From assembly GCA_905178155.1 (NCBI GenBank), contig CAJINV010000017.1, forward strand, positions 736,722 to 800,721: DNA of 64,000 bases, read 5' to 3'. This DNA comes from Amoebophrya sp. A120 (taxonomy: Eukaryota > Protista > Dinoflagellata). The position numbers were made by a program, and so were the translations under genes. This document shows, piece after piece, positions 36,401 through 49,072 of this stretch. The notes under the pieces were generated by a model. The model did no database searches. It was not told where the DNA came from and was given only the letters and a program-made list of their open reading frames with translations. The first letter of the stretch is position 1; each line of letters opens with the position of its first letter.

Positions 36401-39400
36401 CTGCTGCACCGGGCGGCGGGTATCTGGCCTCCAAGCCCTTCACGGAAACCAGTCCGCGACGCGTCCCGGTTGGCGAGGGCGAAGAGCAGGCGTTTGGGGA
36501 AGTAGAAGCAGAGGAGTTCGTCGATGTGGAAGAGCAGCATACCAGTGCGCGAAGGGGACCCGCAGTAGAGCCACAATCTGCTGCTGCGACAGTACTAGAC
36601 GCCGCGAACAATTCGAAACCAGTACAACCACAGCAACAGCCTTTTGTCGCCTCTGTTGCGACCATTGATAATGAGATGGATGTTGTTGAAGTTGAGCAGG
36701 AACAAGTTGTGGCTGCGTCTGCTGTGTTGAAGATTCTCGAAGAGGAGAAAGTGCCTACAAAGGAATTGGAACAATTTCCAGACGAGGAAGCGGAACTCAG
36801 CAGCGTCGCCGGGACCTTGTTACCAGAGGCGGAAGCTATGATCGGGGCCGCTGCTGCTACAGGTGCTTCGAAGCAGGCGGTCGTGCTGACTGGAGGTGCG
36901 TCCTCGAAGCAGGCCGAAGCCCAGCAGACCAGAGACGGTTTCGTCAGCCAACGAGTCGCAAGCATCGAGGAAAGCGAGAAGAGGATGTCAGGGTTTTCAC
37001 CGGAAAGTAGACCCGCGTCTGCTAGTAAACCTAAACCGGAACAAAGACCCACATCCGCAGTCACTGCAGCACCCAAATCTTCTATTACCGCGCGACAGCA
37101 ACAAGCCGCGACTGCTCTCGCGAGACAAAAATCCGGTTCACGGTCCCCGGAGAGTCCGCGGACGCCGCCGCCGACTCGGGCGAAAAACGACGGGAATAAT
37201 AATGCGGATTTATCCGCCCGGTCCCGCACCCCGCCGTTTTCCTCCCAACAGATCCAGCCCTCGCCGATTCAGCAATTTGACACCCGAATCGTGGACGCCA
37301 TCCACGAAATCGGGGAGAAACTGAGCCAGAGCATCCGCGAGACCGTCGCACAGAGCGGGTTCTCCTCCCCGGCAGCCGGGGCCAGGATGATGCAGCGGGG
37401 GGACCAGGATCTTCAAACGGCTACTTCTATCACTGCAACCGGCGGCGCCACGCAGGTGCAGCTCGGCGGACTGAGTCCGACGCAGCGCAGGTTACTGTCT
37501 CCGGGGGCGGTGATTGTCCTGCAAGAACCGATAAGGGAGGTGATTGGGGCGGAGGAGGAAGTGTTGCGGCAGGAAGTTCTTAGTACTGGCGGTGGCCTAC
37601 CTACGGCCTCGTCCACAGCAGGAACTACACTTCTACGGGAGTCCCAGGAACAATTCTACACGCCGCAAAATGTCAGCGCAGCGTCGTCCACCGAGTTTGC
37701 GGCCAACGAACTCGCCGGTGCTATCGCGGCCGGAACTTCCCCAAGTCCTCCGACAAGGATGAACAATAAGGTGCTCGCGGAGAAACAACCTCCGATCCAG
37801 GCCAGTAGTGGCACCAGCACGCCGACCAGAACGATGAATAAAGCTCTCAACCGAGCGCGAACCACGCCTCCATATGCCACGATACCGGAGGAGGAGTTGG
37901 AGAAAATGAAAGATCAAGATGACCGGCGCCCAGACTCCCTGTCCCGTTCGCCCCGTACTAGAGGTCGGGGGTCCACCATCGAGGAGAGAGACGAGGCGAT
38001 TCAGACGTCGATTATCCGGGAAGACCGCAGCGGCAGCCGCAGTCGGCGGCCCAGCAACGAGGAGGTCTCGGTTTCCATTTCCGCCCGCCAGCACGGTGTG
38101 TCCGTGGCGTCGGACTCCGTCCGGGTTGCGGGCGCTTATTCGCCGAAGCGGATTCCGGAAGACGACCCGGACCTGCTGGAGTTGAAGGCCTTGTGGAACA
38201 GTTCGTTCCAGAACTCGCCGAGATTCAAAAAGAAGATCCTCCACTCGGACGAACGTTCGGTGCATCGATTGTACTCCCCAAGCTCCGACCGGTCCCGGTC
38301 ACATTCGTTGAGCTTGAATTTGGGTCCCGGGATGTCGGGCCCACCACCTGGTACTAGTATGTAGTGAGGTCACCGAACGGTTCTAACCGGGGAGTTTTTT
38401 TGCCATGTCCCGTGAAAAACGGCCGGCAGTTTCCAAGCGGGCGGAAGCGTTTTTGGACATAAAAAATTTGCAATTATCAAGCGGCCGGGGCTCTGCCATC
38501 AAACAAGCCCGGTCGAAAACTATCGATTCGCACTTGATAAAACGACGCAGGGGAGCCGGCAAAAGGGGCGCCCTTCTGAGGCGCCCACCCCCTTGGTTTC
38601 TGGCGATTTGGGGCGTCCAAAAAGGGGCGCGCAAAAAACGCGCCCAAAATCAGAACAGCGAAACAGCATGGCACGGCCGCGATTTCGGAGTATTTTGGGC
38701 GGCCGCGAAAGCGGCCGCCTTTTCGCCGGTTTCAGAGCCTGGGAAGCTTTGCAAAAAGCGCCGGCGTGAAAAATAAAAACGGGAAAAAGAAAAAGCGGCC
38801 CGCGCGCGCAAAGCCAATCCGCATGCTATGGGCCCGATTTTCCTTCGCTTTTTGGGCGCCCCCCGTGGCACCTGGATCGGCCCCATAGCATGGGGGCTGG
38901 CTTTCGGTAAGGAATTTCGGGAATTTGCCAAAATTTGCGACGTTTCCCAAGTGGCCGCCATACCGTGCGGCATAACGCTACTCGCGGTGGTATGGCGAGC
39001 CCATAAAAAGCAAAGCCGCGGCCAAGGCTGCGGTCGGCAAAAAAACGCCCACGACCTCACTACCCCCGCCCCGGCGGCTATATTTGGTAGTACAACTGGA
39101 GCTCCTGCATCCTCGAGGACGCGGAATAAGGGTCGTGGAAAGAGCAGGGGAGGAGGGGGAACGAATACGATGCGAAGTTCCCTGCAAAACCGGTCGTTGT
39201 TCCCAGCCAATGTGTCGCGGATCGACCAGGATCAGAGTTTGATGGAGGTGGACCAAACGCTGATCGACCAACTGAACACCAGTAATGTCAAGGGCACAGC
39301 CAGCAATCCGGGAGGCTCCTCGACCCCGGCGGATGACAGTGTTTCGATACCGAGTAGCACGAAAAGGACCAGTCCGGGTGGAGTAGCTCCTGGCGCGAAT

Positions 39401-42400
39401 GTTGGAGAAGGCGGGTCGCCTTTGGAAAATTATAGCAATTCCGTCGGGACGAGCAAAATGTCCTCGCCGGGAAGTGGGGATGTGAATATGACGACGGTAA
39501 TCTACTTGTCCTTGTGACTCTATCTGTAGTACTGCTTTACTTTTTTGTTGGTGTTTTTCTTCCTTCACGCACAAACAGTAGGCCGCTGTGTCAACATAAC
39601 TCATTGAGAATGAGTTATATAGAAATGGTCGTTCAACAGTACGACCAAGAAGCCTGAAATTTATCACGACCACCTCATCCATCTTGCACAACTCCACAGC
39701 TTGTTCCCGGCGGCTCCTCGCCAAAAGTCCGGGAGCCCGTTTCCAGCCGGGGGAACCGGTACACGAAAAAAGTGAAGGAGGACGACCCGGATCTGCTCGC
39801 GTTGAAGCAGATGTGGACGCCGTTCCAGATCCGTCCACTCGCCGCCAACCGCGGCGCCAGCCAGGACCGCGTGGTGGTGACGCACGGCGATTCGCCCTAC
39901 AAAAACACCACGCGGTCCCGAACCCAGTCCGGCTCGCCGAGTCGGAAGCGGCGGAACAGCGCCAACGGGGATGTGCTGCCGTGGAGTCAGCAGGGGATAA
40001 CTTCCGCGGGTGGTGGTGTCGGAACTGGCGTTGTTCTTGCGCCTGCACCAGCGGTTGTTTCAGAACATCAAAACCCAAACGAAGAAATAAAAAGTGCGGG
40101 GGAAGGTGGCCCTGCTCTGCCGAAAGACAGCAACGATGGTCCGGGGTTCGTGTTTTACAAGGAACAAAACACCAGTCTACTCGTTGAAGATGAAGATGAT
40201 CCGCCGGTCCTTGAACTCCCGATTCCAGCAGCGCAGGAGGAAAGCAGCAGCATGATGATCAATCAAAGTGTCCTAAAACTTGACAAAGTTGTTGTTGCAA
40301 AACAACAAGAAATAAAACGTCGAACGGGAGCAGATGCAGGAGACCAGGACGTTTCTTCAAGAGTAGAACTTGAAATAGTAACCGAGTCAAGAAACACAAA
40401 CAGTAGCAAGGAGCTGAGCGGCATGGTGACGCCGCAGATGATCGAGTCCATGTTCTCGTCCTCCAAAAACAGCAACTTTTTTGACAGCACCGGAGGACCG
40501 CAACAGCCGCTGAAAAAGCTAATCCCGGAGCAGGTGGTGGAGAGATTGCGGTCCCGCGCGATAGCTCTGAAGGCACAGCAAATGAAAGAGAGCAGTGTGG
40601 TTCCTCCTGGTGGTGGTAATTCTGCTAGTACGGAAACAGCTACGAATTATGTCGGTGCGGCACAACAAGCTGCATCGTCCACTTCTCTACTTTCAACATC
40701 CGAGCAGCCTGGAGTCGTGCACGCAAACTCGGCGTCTGCGCAGCTTGCAGCTGGAGGTCCTGGCGCGCTGCACCAGAATAAGGGTTCTCGCCCTTTATCC
40801 CGCACTTCTTCTCGCGGCCGCGGGATTGCCCCCGGTACTACGCGAATTGCAAGCGGGCTGAGTCAATCGATGGTTTTTTCCGGCACATCGACAAGCACGT
40901 CGATCAACCGCACAAACTCCGCCGGCAAGAGCGCGTTTGGTGCGCAGCGAAGCAACAGCACTGCAAACAGCCGCGGTAGACTGCAGCACCAAACTGGTGG
41001 CTTCAGCCGCAGCAGCGCTGGCGACTACGTCGTGCCTGCAAATTCCTTTGCCGCCAGCCGGGAGCGGGAGGCCGCACAGTCAACGATCAGTTTGCTGGGG
41101 GGAAACGCGAGCTTCAAAGCCGGGGTACGACGCTCCTCTTCTGTCAACGCACTAAGTGGGCGAGGAGTTGCAGCTGGACCGGCCCAGCAGCAGCACGTAG
41201 CTGTCGGCGCAAGTAGACCTAGTACAGGTCACACCGTCGAAGAGGTCCGTCGGCGAAAGGGCGGCGCGCCGTATCGTGTGCCGAGTCCGGGGAAGGGTGG
41301 ACCTTCAAATAGGAACAGCAACGGTGCGAGAAACGGGAATATCAACAGAATGTCAAGCGGGCCCAGTCAACATCACGCATACCAGCCACCGACTCGCGTC
41401 GTTAGCGTCAACATGCCATCGGTTGCCACAACAACTGGCCCACCTTCGAATTTGCGACAAGTAGCAGGATGCACAGTTACTTCTTCCGCAAGCTGCCAAC
41501 CTAAGATCCCCGCAGTTGCAGCAGAAGATGCGGCACTAGGATCGTCCAGCAACCCGAACGGCTCCCTCGTAGTTGTCCACCCGCATAAAAACAACTCATC
41601 TGCTTCTGCGCCCTCGGCCACAACCCCGGGCGCTCCGAGCACAAAACGACCCAGTCCTCTGACCAGCTCGAAGCGGGCCAGCCCTTTAACAAGTTCGAAG
41701 CGCCCCAGCCCGCTGCAGCAGCAAGACAGTACCAGGTCGCACTTGCTCAAGCTTGCGCACCAGAGGAGGCAAGGGTCTATGACTTTGTCGGAAATCCGGC
41801 AGATCAAAAGCAGGAGCAAGCAGGGGGTAATATATAAAAATGATCGCTTTTTTTTTTATTTTTAGACGTCAGCTTTTTTTCGGATGCAGAAGTCCCTCCG
41901 CAGCAGTACTTGTTACACTCTTCCTCTTGATGATTATGATTATGATGATTGGCCAGATGTTGAACGTTCTATCTCAAAAACGGAACATCAGCCGACCGCC
42001 TCCGAGGTTCGGCACCAACATGCGAAAGAGAGACGAGAAGCGATGGAGGCGGCACAGGAGGAGGTTTTGCGACAGAAGGAGCTGCGCAGGGAGAATAAGG
42101 AAATGCTGGAACGAAGGTAGGGTGAGTTTGGTCATTCAAGTCATCGAGGAATATCGCTATTGTCAGCTACTGCCCTCACTTTCTGACTAGTTTCGTGACA
42201 AAGACTACAGAGGGTACTTGTCAACTATCCCACTACCATTCGTTTCTTTTTCACGAAACAATCGGAATAAATCGGCTAAAGCAAAGAAACAATCGTATCA
42301 CAGTGTCTTCGAACAAGAGCCATCGTTTACCTTTTCCCGCACGGAGACGCAAAGCATGTCAAACCTCACCGGCTTTGACGCGGACCAGTTGCAAATGAAT

Positions 42401-43005
42401 TCCAGTCGGGTGGAAGTGGTGCCAAAGAAGGACTTCTTTCCATGGACGTGCAAGAGCCAGGTGCGTTTTTGATTTGAAGATGGCGTCGCGAATTCTTGGT
42501 AGAGCAACATGTTGTCATAAGGCGACTCGACGAAAGATCGAAATGAAATATCAAAATTATGGATAAACAGGACGGCAGCGCAGCGGTATCGCCAAATGAG
42601 TAAAGGGCCCGCCGATGACAGAGGTTCGGTGGAGGAACGGCTCTTCAAGCTTGAGTAGAAGATGCAGGGAAATCATTCTCACATTGAACTTCTTTTTTTC
42701 TTGTTGGTCACACAACATTTTCGAGGTAAGAAGCGAAAAATCGGAAGCATGGAAAGTTCCGGAAAATCCATTTACAGTAGGTACAGAATAAACAGATGTA
42801 AAACCTGAGCTTCTTCTTGCTACATCAAGATCAGAGAGACACCAATGTACTAAGGTCAGTGCGCGTTTCGCCTTTGACAGTATCCTCTTATTTTTATAAC
42901 CACCAGGGTATGTTGCTACACTATTCATTCAACGAGAGATATTACCGAAAAATGAGAATACAGAGACAGAGACTTGATAACTTTGCGGTTTCTACCACTA
43001 TTTGA
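33474..43005 (+). CDS. Very long S/T/A/P-rich disordered protein, multi-exon; possibly the continuation of the kinase gene
   Basis: ORFs 33453, 34089 (part), 34675, 35503, 38828 (part), 39772 and 41884 join in frame after removing three introners, the 38360-39092 element and GT-AG introns 39497-39699 and 41827-41865. The start and the exons beyond 42116 are uncertain. Confidence 0.65.
34032..34293. mobile_element. Introner family A copy 1 (262 bp), TSD AGGCG
   Basis: Perfect 32-bp TIR tatcaaatgtaaaaatgtctgggtctggaaga. AGGCG at 34027-34031 and 34294-34298. Can be read as a GC-AG intron 34029-34295, giving EVQA|GRLS. Confidence 0.95.
34372..34634. mobile_element. Introner family A copy 2 (263 bp), TSD CGGGC
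   Basis: 35-bp TIR with 1 mismatch. CGGGC at 34367-34371 and 34635-34639. Excision gives LHGG-QTPANSP, in frame with ORF 34675. Confidence 0.95.
35398..35641. mobile_element. Introner family A copy 3 (244 bp, decayed TIR), TSD TCCGC
   Basis: Left end tatcaactgcaattatgtctggttctgg, right end cctgacccagacacttttgcatttgata. TCCGC at 35393-35397 and 35642-35646. Excision gives HVFR|SESP. Confidence 0.92.
38360..39087. mobile_element. Structured GC-rich intronic insertion with asymmetric 11-bp IR and 3' hairpin, flanked by TAGTA
   Basis: gtagtgaggtc (38361-38371) / gacctcactac (39053-39063), followed by hairpin ccgcc-cc-ggcgg. TAGTA at 38355-38359 and 39088-39092. Removal rejoins PPGTS-TTGAP. Confidence 0.8.
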
Positions 43006-43959
43006 AAATTTAATAAAGTTTGAGCTTGATATTAATTCCGAGGCGTTTTTCTTTATTCAATGCGAACTTTTTTACCGCGTTTTTTTCCTCTTTCAGCACC
43101 CAATGACGCATTTCGGCACCTAATGACAGATATTCTTCGTTTCAGTTCTTCTTCTTTCAACCTGTCACAATTTCGTCCGAGAGCTTCTATCTTTGTCGTG
43201 AACTTCGTTTCTTTTCTTGATAAACCAAAAGCAGCTTCATCATCAAATGCCAAACAAGGGATGACCGACGAAATGTAGTCGTTGCCAGTACAAGACTGCT
43301 AATGCAACAAGCAGTAGCGAACTAGAACTCAAATTTATGAATGAAAGTGTTAGACCGAGAAAACAATGAAGTTCGACTGCTCGGATTAACAAATCCGACT
43401 ACCGTTGGAGTTGCACGGTCTAGTTCAGTTACAGTTGCGTGGTTCGCCAGAAACCAATGACCACTAGGCTCTTGTTTTGGGTCGCTGAAGTAGCTCACCA
43501 TCAAGTAGTAAGTATTGCAAGCTGTGGGAGATGAAAAGAGCAACTCCAAGGTGGAAAAAGGATCCCGCTTTGTGGATTCTAGTTCGAGTTTTTTACATTT
43601 CCATTTAATGTTTCTTTTTGATCATATCACACTGCAATTTTGTTTTTGCAACAGGACCTCAATACTTTCTTGTCACCCATCGACATCGTTCATTTTCTAC
43701 CCACGCATGGCTTTAGGCGTTTCTTTCCCCGGATCTGTGTATCGGACCCCACAACAAAAAAGCGCTTTTATCCAACAGATGACATATTGAGAATGAGCCA
43801 CTTGCTCAAAGAGGCCTTGTTTGGAACGAGAAGGGCGGTCGAACTTTTTGACGCAGGAAGCGAAAGCTGCTGTGCTCCAACTGTTTTATGTCAAGTACCA
43901 AGTAGTCTCTTCAACGAAAGTTACAACTATCAGGACCACCTTGCAACACCCTCAACATC

Positions 43960-46629
43960 ATGACCACAGCGGGCTCCACCCTGTTTGTCGCGTTTCGCCT
44001 TGCCGGCGTCACGGCGGCGTTCCTTCTCGCACAGCAAGTCTGCGCGACGGTCGCACTGCCAATTTTTCTGTCACTGCTGGTCGCGTGGACCGTCGGGATA
44101 GACGCAGATTTGAAAAACTTTGTGGCTTCCGATAGTCGTGCTGCTTCGAAAGAAATTTCTTCTGGAAAGCAGAACCAAAAGGACGGCTGCTCACCAGACG
44201 AAAAAGATGAAGATGACCGCCCACCAGGAGAACCACGAGAAAGGACGTCATCCTCTGAGCATCAGAAAAAGCATCGCAAAAACTCTTCGCACAGCGCTGG
44301 TAGCAGTAAGAGCAACGAGTCGTCTGAGGCAGATCAGTACGTGAAAGTAAAGAGCTCTTCTGCTTCCTCGGCATCTAGACCATCCGCAACTTTTTCAGGA
44401 GGTGCAACGACCTCAGGAGGTCCAACGCGGCGAAAATCAAGGACAGAAAGTGAGGAGTCGTTCGAGCTCGTAGACAAGGACGAAGGCGGTGGACCACAAC
44501 ATGGAATGAATAGCAAAATAAATGCTAAAACAGGACCAGAGAAGTCCACCTCGATGGCAACAAATGAAACAAGGCTTGATGAACAACAAGATGAAGACCA
44601 CTCCGCATTGAAGAAGCCCTCCTCCATTCCGGTCTTGATCACGAAGAACCCCAACAGCGACAACGACGAGCACGAGGAACAGGAGGATAGAGAAGTACAC
44701 TATAGTACTACTGACATGACACCAATGATGAATACGAATAGCAATACAGGAAACGTTTCCACAACGGAGCCAGAGGAGCCAGCGTCGAGCTCGACTTCGA
44801 ATTCTCCGCAGTTGCTGTTTCAGCAGGATGCGCGAGATGAAACAGTTGATGATAAACCAGGTGGATTAAGAACAACGAAACAGGACAAGAAAGCTGTCTC
44901 GGGTTCAACTCCAAGCTCCTCCTCATCAAGCAATCCCTCTTCAAACAACAAAAAGGCGACAACCCCCCGCAAAAACAGCAAAAATCGCGAAGACGATTCA
45001 CCGAAAATGATCGTCACAAAAGCAGCTGATTATGATTACAACTCCGATGATGATGAAGATCACGCCAGAAGTAGTGACGAAGATGACATGCGTGGTCAGC
45101 AGGACCAGTCGTCTTCCCCTTCCCCAAGTACCACACGATCGCGCAGAAAAAAATCAACCTCCTCAAGTCTGAATACAAACCAGCATACTAAAGCGAGGTC
45201 AACATCAAATCAACTACGAGACGGCAGCCCCAGCAAGAACCAAAAGCACCTCCTGCCAGCGACCATCTCCGGGGCTTCGAGCCTATCTGCTGGTAGCGTG
45301 GAGTCGGTTACGGTGAATGATGCGGGGGGAGATGGAGAAAATGATTTTCACAAAGCCGCAGACGGGGTCGATGGGTATTTCGTGGGAGACGATTTCACGA
45401 TTAAAAAGGGCGAGAACCACGACAGGAGTCCGGGGTCCTCAGTGGATATCAGCGAGACCGGGGTACTTATGATACGAGTGATCTTTTTTTGGTCCGACGA
45501 GTCATCATGCGAAAGATTATCGCAGTTCTTGTGCTTGTGCTTGCATTACGAGTGAGTAAGTTCTTTGTATCTCTATCTTCCGTTACGTTGCTGTTACTCC
45601 AGGCCCGCGACGCAGGCGACCTGAGTAGCGACGAAGATGTTGACCAGCGGCAGCCGTCCGCGAAAGATGACGACGACGGGAACATGTTCGATCCGGCAAA
45701 GGCCGCAGAGTGCAAAGAGCAGGGAAACAAATACTTCAAGGCGGGAGAGTACAGAGTTTTATTCTCTTCATGTGCATCCATGTGCTTGTTGGTACACTAC
45801 TGTCTTCCCGTGCACCGAATGCGAATTACAATTCTGATCGTACATGATTGGTCTTCTAGCAGCCGTTAGTTCTTTCGGCTGACTGTGCACAAGAAGAACA
45901 GCAACGTTCGAATTTACTCCTGCTGCAAGGGAACAAGAATCTGAAAGAAGACCCCCACGACTATAAGAAATCTACTAACCAGGTTCACCCTCGCCGCGGA
46001 GTGTTATTCCGACGCGATTGCGTTTTGTCCGACCAGCGAGAAGCAGCTGCTCGCCGTGTACCACGCCAACCGTGCGGCCTGCTACATGAGTTTAGACGAA
46101 GTGGAGATGGCCATCCACGACTGCACCGACGCGGTGGAGTACGATCCGAGTTACGTCCGCGCGTGGCAGCGGAAGTGCACTGCGAACGAGAAAAAGGGAC
46201 GGTATCACGACGCGCTGGACGACAGTAAAAAACTCATGGAGCTCACACCGGAGGAAAAGAAGAAATCGCCCGAGTACTTGTTACTTTATACGACTTCTGA
46301 ATTTGTTTTCGTTCTTGTTTTAAATACATACTTTCATTGCTGCGCCATTATTTTCAGCAGACCAGTGTAGTTTTCGAATGCGTTTTTGTATCGCAGGCAG
46401 CATGACCAATTCCAATTGTCGAAATCGTGTCAGGTACAAGGAGCTTCTCCGAAAACATGCGTATTTGAAGACGAAATCGGAGCAGCAATTCGAGAAGGAG
46501 AAGGCAGAAATGGTCGGCAAATTGAAGGACCTGGGAAACACAGTGCTCGGCAAATTTGGCATGTCGCTCGACAATTTTCAAGTCCAGCAGCAGGAAGGCG
46601 GGGGGTACAGCATCAATTTCAAGAAGTAA
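43960..46629 (+). CDS. TTC1: TPR protein, TTC1-like, with long N-terminal hydrophobic/low-complexity extension; 4 exons
   Basis: [35 protein letters not shown] and C-terminal [23 protein letters not shown]...GGYSINF. GT-AG introns at 45463-45602, 45749-45982, 46274-46433. Confidence 0.8.
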
Positions 46630-47383
46630 GGAACTTGGAGTAGAAGTAGAACGTGGAGGACTTGATGAAATAAACAATGTTGACATGAAAAAAAGAAACC
46701 CGCAGAAAACACTTCTGTTTACACTTGCTCTTCTAGTACTTGCCAATGGAGCTGATCAAAAGAAACAAATAAAGTTCCGAGAAATTTTTTGTCTTTAATC
46801 CTTTTGGCAGATGTGTGTTTCTTCTGCTTCCTCTTCCACTGAGGTCTTTGCGGATCCTTGACAGTATTGCAACGAGCGATCAGTTCTGGAAAAAATTATG
46901 GCACAACTACCACAAAAGGATCCTGATCCAAGACTATCAATAGAGGACAGAAGGATTTCTAAGTCGATCGAAATGATGATGAGATGCTTAGCCGCAAATC
47001 GCCTATCGCAATCGATCAGTTTCTTTGCAAGCAAGTATCACTTTATGTGGTCTAGCGTGATTCGGTAACCGAAACCGAGATGCAGACGCGATCTGAGTTC
47101 TGGTATCAGTCCTCGTCAAATGAAGACAAACCAAATGCCGACTTCTTCTGCAAAAATCAAAGCAATCTTATTTGTTGTGTGAGAAATGAAAGACCAGAAC
47201 AGTGAAGACGCAAATTTCCATTCACCAGCGACCACATGATCTCACCGGAGTATTTACTTTCTGCGCGACTGTATCTGTAGCGACGCACATTGTTTGAAGA
47301 AGTTTCTTGATGTAGGCTAGTGCACATCTTATTTCAGCGAATCTAGTTTACGAAATCTGCCAGCCTTCTAAGGGTTCTCGAAA

Positions 47384-48283
47384 ATGAAGAACCTCCGCAA
47401 CGTGGTGAAGCGCCGCACCCATCTGGAGCGGCACCAGCCGAAAGCGCGACAAAAGCTCGGGCTGTTGGAGAAGAAGAAGGATTACTTGCAGCGTGCGAGA
47501 GATTATCATAAGAAACGCGACTATGTGGCCACTCTCCAGGAGAAGGTGCGCCAGAAGAACCCGGACGAATTCTCGCACAAGATGCTCCGCGCGAAACAGG
47601 ACGAGAAAACGGGAAAATTCAAAAAGCTGCTGTCTAAAGCGAGCTTGATCGGAAACGGGCGAAAAGTGGAGAAGTTGTTGGTTCACGAAAGCACAAGTAA
47701 GAATAGTAGAACATCAGCGGAAAAATTATCGAAGGAGCAGCAGATCCGGGCGATGCACTTTGACCACCTGTCAAAGGAGCAGCAATTCATCGCGGAAACA
47801 ACGGACAGAAACTACGTCGCGACGCGGTTGCAGATGGACAAGAAGCAGGTCGAAAAGCGCAGAGAGAACCTACACATGATCGGGCTCAAGGACCCGAATC
47901 AGAAACACGTTACATTCTCGGACGAGGAGGGAGAAGATGATCGTTTTGCTGGCAGCAAGAAAAACAGAAATACTGCTCCAGGAGGGAACAAGCGGACGGA
48001 GAAGAAGCCAAAGTCCGTCAATCATGCCCAGGAATTACAGGATGAGCACTACGGTTCGGAAGTGCGAAAACAGGTGAATGCCAAGGACTCCGCTGTCGGG
48101 CAGGCGCGGCACGAGAGCTATCGGCAATTGCTGCACTACAGTACCCGGGCGGAGAAACTCAGTGGTGTTTTGTCTGCGATGGAGAACCGGAAGCAGGCAC
48201 AGGAGAAGGGCAAAAAGCAGCCAGTTAAGGATATCGACGGAAAGGTCGTGCAATACAAATTCGCGATGAAACGGGCAAGGTGA
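47384..48283 (+). CDS. UTP11: U3 snoRNA-associated protein 11 (SSU processome)
   Basis: RTHLERHQP...LGLLEKKKDYLQRARDYHKK...KNPDEFSHKM and a basic C-terminus YKFAMKRAR. Confidence 0.93.
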   Translation: MKNLRNVVKRRTHLERHQPKARQKLGLLEKKKDYLQRARDYHKKRDYVATLQEKVRQKNPDEFSHKMLRAKQDEKTGKFKKLLSKASLIGNGRKVEKLLVHESTSKNSRTSAEKLSKEQQIRAMHFDHLSKEQQFIAETTDRNYVATRLQMDKKQVEKRRENLHMIGLKDPNQKHVTFSDEEGEDDRFAGSKKNRNTAPGGNKRTEKKPKSVNHAQELQDEHYGSEVRKQVNAKDSAVGQARHESYRQLLHYSTRAEKLSGVLSAMENRKQAQEKGKKQPVKDIDGKVVQYKFAMKRAR

Positions 48284-49072
48284 AGAAGATTTCATGTTGA
48301 AGCTACCCGGTTCTTGTCGACGGATTAATATGTAGTTGTAGTCCTTTAGGGCTCATTGCCACCTGTCAATTGTCCTCTCCCGGCAGATGGAAAGGCCGGT
48401 TTGCAGTCATACGAAATCATGCGCAAGCATCATCATGCCCGTCCCCGTGATGTGCATTGATGAGATTCAGATTTCAACAATGAAGACTCATTTTCATTCA
48501 TCGATTCCGAAAGAGAGTAGAAAGCGTGTTCATCTTGCAAGCTAAGTAGTCGAAACAACCGGTATTGATACGAAAAACCTTTCGTACGTCCGTTGACGTT
48601 TTGCTATCGTGCTTGTACTTGTGATTTTTCAGTATAGAGGTACACTCTGGGTGCTGTTTATGTCGTGAAGTTCGTAGTCGTTGCCTCTTCGATGATGTGC
48701 ATCGTCCATGTTCAATTATTTCGTACTTGTTTAATACCGCGCTCTCGTTCGTCATATTGAAATTGAATTGTCCCCGTCTTTCTTTGTTTGTTCTCTGCGG
48801 TTGTATGTCTGTCTACGTACATAAGTATTGACCTTCAGTGGAGTGCACCGCGCCTCGACAGCTCTTTCCGCGTTTGTTATCTTCCAACTACTCAGCATAG
48901 ATACAAGCAGGTACTTGCGCGCTCTTGGAAAATCGATAAGGAGGTATCTACTGGCAGACATGTGTGAAATTATAGCAATAGTGTGCAAACAAGTCTTCAA
49001 TAAACTGACCCCCGCGCTCGCCCCTTCATCCAGCATTACCATTTAGTTTTTTGAGCTAGTTAGAAGAACATC

